DNA of 10,462 nt, taken from NCBI GenBank assembly GCA_044236265.1, contig JBIIGV010000099.1, forward strand, positions 1-10,462, given 5' to 3'. A model generated the notes under the pieces. That model was not told the DNA's origin, made no database searches, and saw only the letters and a list, made by a program, of their open reading frames with translations. The first letter of the stretch is position 1, and each line of letters opens with the position of its first letter. The position numbers were made by a program, and so were the translations under genes. Below, in pieces: positions 7,101 through 10,462 of this stretch. Source of the stretch: Oligoflexales bacterium. Lineage in GTDB: Bacteria > Bdellovibrionota_B > Oligoflexia > Oligoflexales > RGVZ01.

Positions 7101-7931
7101 ACTACACCAGCGGGATCAGCGGGCTCGCAAAACGTGGTGGTAACAAACACAGACGGCCAGAACGCGACATTGACTGGTGGTTTCCTCTATCGTCCCGCCT
7201 GTGCTGGCGACTGCTACCTTGAAGGTACCTCGCCAAATTACGCACAGGATTTAGCGATAGGCACCGAGCGACAAGGGCCGTCTGATGTAACCATGAGTCT
7301 GCAGTTTGCCGACGGCATCTCTGGGTTTAAAATCTGGAAAGAAAAAGGTGGCACGAGAATATTGAATGCCACCGGTGTTGTGGTCAATGGATGGCAGAAA
7401 CAGCTGACTCGAGCAGGTACTGCGTTTAGTGCGGCAGACTTCACAACAGGCAGTAATATTACTGGACGAGTTTGCCCGCCAAATGTGTTTCTAAGTCACT
7501 CGAACATGACAGCTACGGGACGTTGTCTTTACTACGATGCCGGTACTGTCGGCATGTTGAGACTTGACGCAGCAGCCGGTTCTGGTACTGAATCGGAAGA
7601 TTGGCTGAGTGATTGGAGCACTGCTGCAACGGGACGGGGTACAGGCCTCTCTCATTACGAGGGCAATATTAAAACTTGCGCTGATAAAGGAATGCGATTA
7701 CCCGTAATGTATGAAACCACGATGAACACTCCGCCAAATATGCTCCCGTCGGGAGACAGCATTACCCCCACCTGGGCGGGCAGCGCAAACGGAGTGCCAG
7801 CGGCAGGAACGTTGTCATGGACATCCGGTGGCTACCCCGCAGGCACTACGCGTTTTTGGTGCTGGTCGGGTACATCAAGCTCGTATTGGGATTCCTATTT
7901 TGAGCGTTATGTTAGGTGCGTCTTACCGTGA
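4182..7931 (+). CDS. Large surface lipoprotein / putative adhesin: FN3 + Ig-like repeats + FN3 + IPT/TIG + C-terminal C-type-lectin-like (DUF1566/Lcl-type) domain
   Basis: Frame is open from 4158; TTG 4182 follows AAGGGGAG and gives the signal MRPRRLQGLSSDVVISLIALVTS|C (Cys at 4251). Approximate domains: FN3 4668-4994; duplicated two-domain units 4995-5549 and 5835-6389; Big_12-like Ig 5547-5834 (FTISFSESVTNF..DL.VSNG); Ig-like 6387-6665; FN3 6666-6929; IPT/TIG 6942-7190; tip 7191-7931 with CxxxGxRLPxxxE...WTS...W...YVRCV. The start is uncertain (4158 or 4182). Confidence 0.85.
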   Translation: MRPRRLQGLSSDVVISLIALVTSCSAPESSVEVKTTREEAVANCDARGKCIKDPKGSVLYNDDIITKNNILKRSQNETLLTRLMNLTDEPRLLVTTDTMENLMRGVTIIGALENCDSLKKIEGENPTLSQLKSLAQGRYKVCVAYIGEGLVKRIYALDAIEVDKTPPVVQVGLTASGPTENSAQLTWQKASDNLSLEGTLSFYAYTSTSHSLTSLDDVQQYGNQASVQVINSTTFVIKNLQGNTLYHAAIVVMDEAGNQALVGATDLQTLADLTAPSSPSIIINASASITTTTSSNLTLSAGDASEMYITNTATCSSGGSWETYNTSKSTWILSQTNATATVYAKFRDIANNETECVSDSIVHDNIAPQPPAITIASKTFNASFTTSIQQNAVSDSNFKEFRYTTTVTEPTCSSGTASSTQPTSITIPASNTTLKVITCDQAGQASTVAQATYTFDNTRPSVTISSTAQANTNVSPIPFTISFSESVTNFVISDLTVSNGTTSGFSGSGNTYTVNVIPSAQGAVTIDIAADVAQDAATNGNTAAIQLSRTYDTVSPSSPSLSINSGANYTSSTASTLTLSADGSPDQMYITNTAGCASGGSWEAYATSKSWTLGQTNSTTTVYAKFKDLAGNETACVNDTIIHDNNVPQTPVIVDASKSFNSSFMTSIQQNSTPDTNFKEFRYTTTGIDPNCSSGTASSTQPTSITIPASNTTLKVITCDQVNLASAVVTSVFTYDITPPNAPNVMGITPTANTTPAWTWSSGGGGGNGTYRYKLNSPDLSSGATETTSSSFTPGSPLAETTHRLYVQERDSSGNWSTSGSFDIQVVIPPAAPTLATPYRYTSSLGINWSSVSGATSYNLYWSTSAGVTTDSTKISNVSSVYTHSPLTGGTTYYYKLAAVKSGIEGTLSNEVNAVPYTFVAPTISTLLPNSGSAAGSTAVTITGSGFQSGATVTIGGNSATAVTVVNSTSITATTPAGSAGSQNVVVTNTDGQNATLTGGFLYRPACAGDCYLEGTSPNYAQDLAIGTERQGPSDVTMSLQFADGISGFKIWKEKGGTRILNATGVVVNGWQKQLTRAGTAFSAADFTTGSNITGRVCPPNVFLSHSNMTATGRCLYYDAGTVGMLRLDAAAGSGTESEDWLSDWSTAATGRGTGLSHYEGNIKTCADKGMRLPVMYETTMNTPPNMLPSGDSITPTWAGSANGVPAAGTLSWTSGGYPAGTTRFWCWSGTSSSYWDSYFERYVRCVLP
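4995..6389 (+). repeat. Intragenic direct duplication: 4995-5549 and 5835-6389 (offset 840 nt)
   Basis: The aligned peptides MYITNTAxCxSGGSWExYxTSKS, TVYAKFxDxAxNETxCV and TSIQQN...NFKEFRYTTT...CSSGTASSTQPTSITIPASNTTLKVITCDQ occur in both copies. DNA at 5448-5500 and 6288-6340 differs at only 2 positions. Confidence 0.95.
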
Positions 7932-8148
7932 GGCAACGCTCTAACTCCTCAGTAGCCTAAGTTAATTTTAAGCTGCACAGCTGATTAATCAGGATAAATT
8001 TTTAGACTCATCTATCTGAAATTATTAGGGTTATGGATTTTTTGTCGATGATGGGCTTAAGCGCTCCATGAAACAATATCCCAAGGAATTTAAACGGCCC
8101 TGTGCTACAACTATCAGCCCACGATAGATGGACGGGAGCCCCTAGGTT

Positions 8149-10462
8149 TTGCGAATTGAAAGAGTTTTAGACAAACTAGAATGGTCTTTGCTGACAGGGC
8201 GCTTGGCGCAGCATGCGCAAACTGATGAAGGCCGCGAGGACTGCCACAGTCTCAAACCAAACCGTAGCAAAGACAGCATTAAGTCCCGATGGGAATCGGT
8301 CACAAGTTTGCGCGACATCGCACGCTCAGGCTACAAAGCTCCCGTCGGTGAATTAAAAAAGCCACATCAGGTATTCAAAGCTACTGAAAAGGGTCAACTG
8401 CTCGAAGGGCTAGACCTGCGCATGGTGGTCGAAATCCTGTTATCAACCAAACGCGTTTTGTCGTTTGCAAACTCATTTGCACCTAAGTCATCGAGCCTGC
8501 AGAGAATTCGCGGATTGCTTTATCCGCTACCGAAATTACTACAAACAATTGAGATGTCTGTCGCTGGTGACGGATCACTTCTAGATACAGCCTCCGAAGA
8601 GCTTGCTGCTATTCGGGCTGCAAAAACCGCGCTGCGTAAGCGCATCGAAGAGACCATCACGCGGCTAATGCATGATCTTAACGTCCAGGACTATCTTCAA
8701 GACGATTTTTATACGGTTCGTCACGAGAAGTACGTGATTCCGATCCGCCTTGATGGCCGCGGTCGAGTTAAGGGAAGTATTGTCGACACGTCTGACTCAG
8801 GTCAGACCCTATTTCTTGAGCCAACTGCGATCTCTCATCTGAATCAAGAGCTCCACGATATTGATTTGGCCGAAAAGCTGGAAATCATCCGTATCTTTCG
8901 CGAGCTAAGCGCACACGTTGCTCGCGAGCTTGATCCTCTCAAAATTAATTATCAGGAACTGATCGAACTCGACCGCATGACAGCAGAGGCCGCTTTAGCC
9001 GTCGAAATTGACGCCGGAGCCGTCCATTTATCCGAAACTCCTTGTCTCGAGTTAATCGAAGCACGTCATCCCTTAATAAAAACACCTTCAGGGAAAACAG
9101 CTGAGCCCAACACAATTATCCTGAAGAGTAATCAAACGACTCCGCAAAAAATCTTGGTTGTTTCTGGTCCAAATGCCGGCGGTAAAACAGTGGTCCTTAA
9201 GACGACAGGCCTCCTTCATCTTATGGCCCGTGCAGGCCTGCTGATTCCGGCTGAACCTGAATCGAAAATGTTTATCTTTGAAAATCTTCATCTCGAAATG
9301 GGAGATGCCCAAAATATCACGGCAAATTTGTCGACGTTCAGCGGACACCTCTTGGGACTGAAACCGATTATTGAAGGCGCATCTCAAACCGACCTCGTAC
9401 TCCTTGATGAACTCGCAACTGGAACCGAACCACAAACAGGTGCAGCCATTGCCCGCGCCGTGCTCGAGCATCTCGCAGCGCAGCAGGTCACGACGATTGC
9501 GACCACTCACTTCGATGGTCTAAAGAGCCTGGCCATTGATGATCATCGTTACCGTAATGCATCGATGGAATACGAAGAATCAACCTATCGCCCTACTTAT
9601 CGATTGATTTTGGATGTTCCCGGCCAAAGCTATGGACTTGAACTTGCGACGCAAATGGGACTGCCAACCCCAATCATCGACCGGGCTCGACAACTACGTG
9701 GCAGCAGCCACACAGCATTGGACGAGGCCGTCTCGGCTCTGCAATCTGCGCGACGTCAGTCTGAAGACCTTAAACGTCAGCTGGACCGCGAGCTTTTGGA
9801 GGTCCAAGCTGCCAAATCGCGGTGGGAGCAAGAGTGTAACTTGTTGGAGCAGCAGCGTGCCAAGGCTGCCCGCAGCGTAGCTGCAAAACTTGAGACAGAA
9901 GTCGACACACTCCGCAGTGAGTTTGAAGATAAAGCAAAAGAGCTACGCAACGCCGTAAAAGAGATACGAACGGGCCATGTCGACCCCAAGAGTGCCTACG
10001 ACAAAAAACGGGAAGCGGAAACGAAATTACGCGAGATTGAATCAAGCGTCTCTAAAATGGCCGGCGCAGGAGCGCAAGCAGAGCTTCCGGGTACACCCGT
10101 TAATCCAGAGGATTTACGTGAAGGCCTTAATGTTTATGTCCTGCCTGTGCGTAAAGAAGGAGTGATCTCTAAACTGGGTGCCACCGCTAATGATCCTATT
10201 GAGGTTGCCATTGGCATAATCAAGGTCCGTGTCGGTATTCTTGATCTACGCAAGACGAGAGCTGCCGACAAGCCTACCGCACCATCTGGCAAACAACAGC
10301 GAGTAAGTCTGGCGACTGCCAGCAAACCAGAAGTTCCAGACTTCGTCCCTCAAACGCCAAAAAACACACTCGACGTCAGGGGAACCGATGCGGACACCGC
10401 TGTCGAGAAAACTCTCAACTTTATCGATAAGAGCATGCTGGCAGGTGAAAGCTTTATTGTGA
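8149..10462 (+). CDS. mutS2: Endonuclease MutS2 / ribosome-collision factor (MutS2-type ATPase, coiled coil, KOW, Smr); runs off the right edge
   Basis: TTG 8149 follows GGGAG at 8134-8138 and an in-frame TAG at 8143. Translation begins MRIERVLDKLEW...LAQHAQTDEG; later come SDSGQTLFLEP, ARHPLI, Walker A SGPNAGGKT (9163-9189), LSTFSGH, Walker B LVLLDELATGTEP, IATTHF, PGQSYG, a coiled coil, KOW-like LREGLNVYVLPVRKEGVI, and the Smr start TLDVRG near 10366. Confidence 0.95.
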   Translation, partial: MRIERVLDKLEWSLLTGRLAQHAQTDEGREDCHSLKPNRSKDSIKSRWESVTSLRDIARSGYKAPVGELKKPHQVFKATEKGQLLEGLDLRMVVEILLSTKRVLSFANSFAPKSSSLQRIRGLLYPLPKLLQTIEMSVAGDGSLLDTASEELAAIRAAKTALRKRIEETITRLMHDLNVQDYLQDDFYTVRHEKYVIPIRLDGRGRVKGSIVDTSDSGQTLFLEPTAISHLNQELHDIDLAEKLEIIRIFRELSAHVARELDPLKINYQELIELDRMTAEAALAVEIDAGAVHLSETPCLELIEARHPLIKTPSGKTAEPNTIILKSNQTTPQKILVVSGPNAGGKTVVLKTTGLLHLMARAGLLIPAEPESKMFIFENLHLEMGDAQNITANLSTFSGHLLGLKPIIEGASQTDLVLLDELATGTEPQTGAAIARAVLEHLAAQQVTTIATTHFDGLKSLAIDDHRYRNASMEYEESTYRPTYRLILDVPGQSYGLELATQMGLPTPIIDRARQLRGSSHTALDEAVSALQSARRQSEDLKRQLDRELLEVQAAKSRWEQECNLLEQQRAKAARSVAAKLETEVDTLRSEFEDKAKELRNAVKEIRTGHVDPKSAYDKKREAETKLREIESSVSKMAGAGAQAELPGTPVNPEDLREGLNVYVLPVRKEGVISKLGATANDPIEVAIGIIKVRVGILDLRKTRAADKPTAPSGKQQRVSLATASKPEVPDFVPQTPKNTLDVRGTDADTAVEKTLNFIDKSMLAGESFIV

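Noticed and set aside
4533..7444. Small ORFs inside the adhesin gene, and the internal repeats as a CRISPR array or DGR TR/VR pair
   Set aside because: The ORFs are shadows. The repeats are two in-frame coding copies with mostly synonymous, non-adenine-specific differences and no repeat-spacer periodicity.
9088..10325. Six ORF-track ORFs in the right-hand 1.4 kb
   Set aside because: All lie within mutS2, which the track missed because its stop codon is outside the window.

Overview
Bacterial chromosomal window of roughly 48-50% GC by eye. The PilZ protein, Cys-rich lipoproteins and MutS2 are compatible with Bdellovibrionota/Oligoflexia or another deltaproteobacteria-like lineage, but that is an inference. 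Gene order: (-) secreted SH3b-domain protein, cut by the left edge and missed by the ORF track; (+) divergent CobU/CobP-like protein; (+) degenerate PilZ protein, then a terminator; (+) secreted thermonuclease coupled by an ATGA overlap to yacG; (-) class I SAM methyltransferase; terminator; (-) unknown lipoprotein; (+) ~1250-aa lipoprotein with an FN3/Ig/IPT stalk, an 840-nt-offset internal duplication and a C-type-lectin-like tip; (+) mutS2, cut by the right edge and also missed by the ORF track. I found no CRISPR array, tRNA/rRNA, intact mobile element or recognisable defence system. The best leads are four: (1) a compact structured 5' leader upstream of the SH3b gene, partly resembling the c-di-GMP-I riboswitch; (2) an intimin-like lipoprotein adhesin whose adenine-poor tip could be a remote DGR target; (3) a CobU homolog lacking its catalytic His; (4) the nuclease-yacG coupling. 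All motif calls were made by eye, and none of these leads is proven to be a new system.
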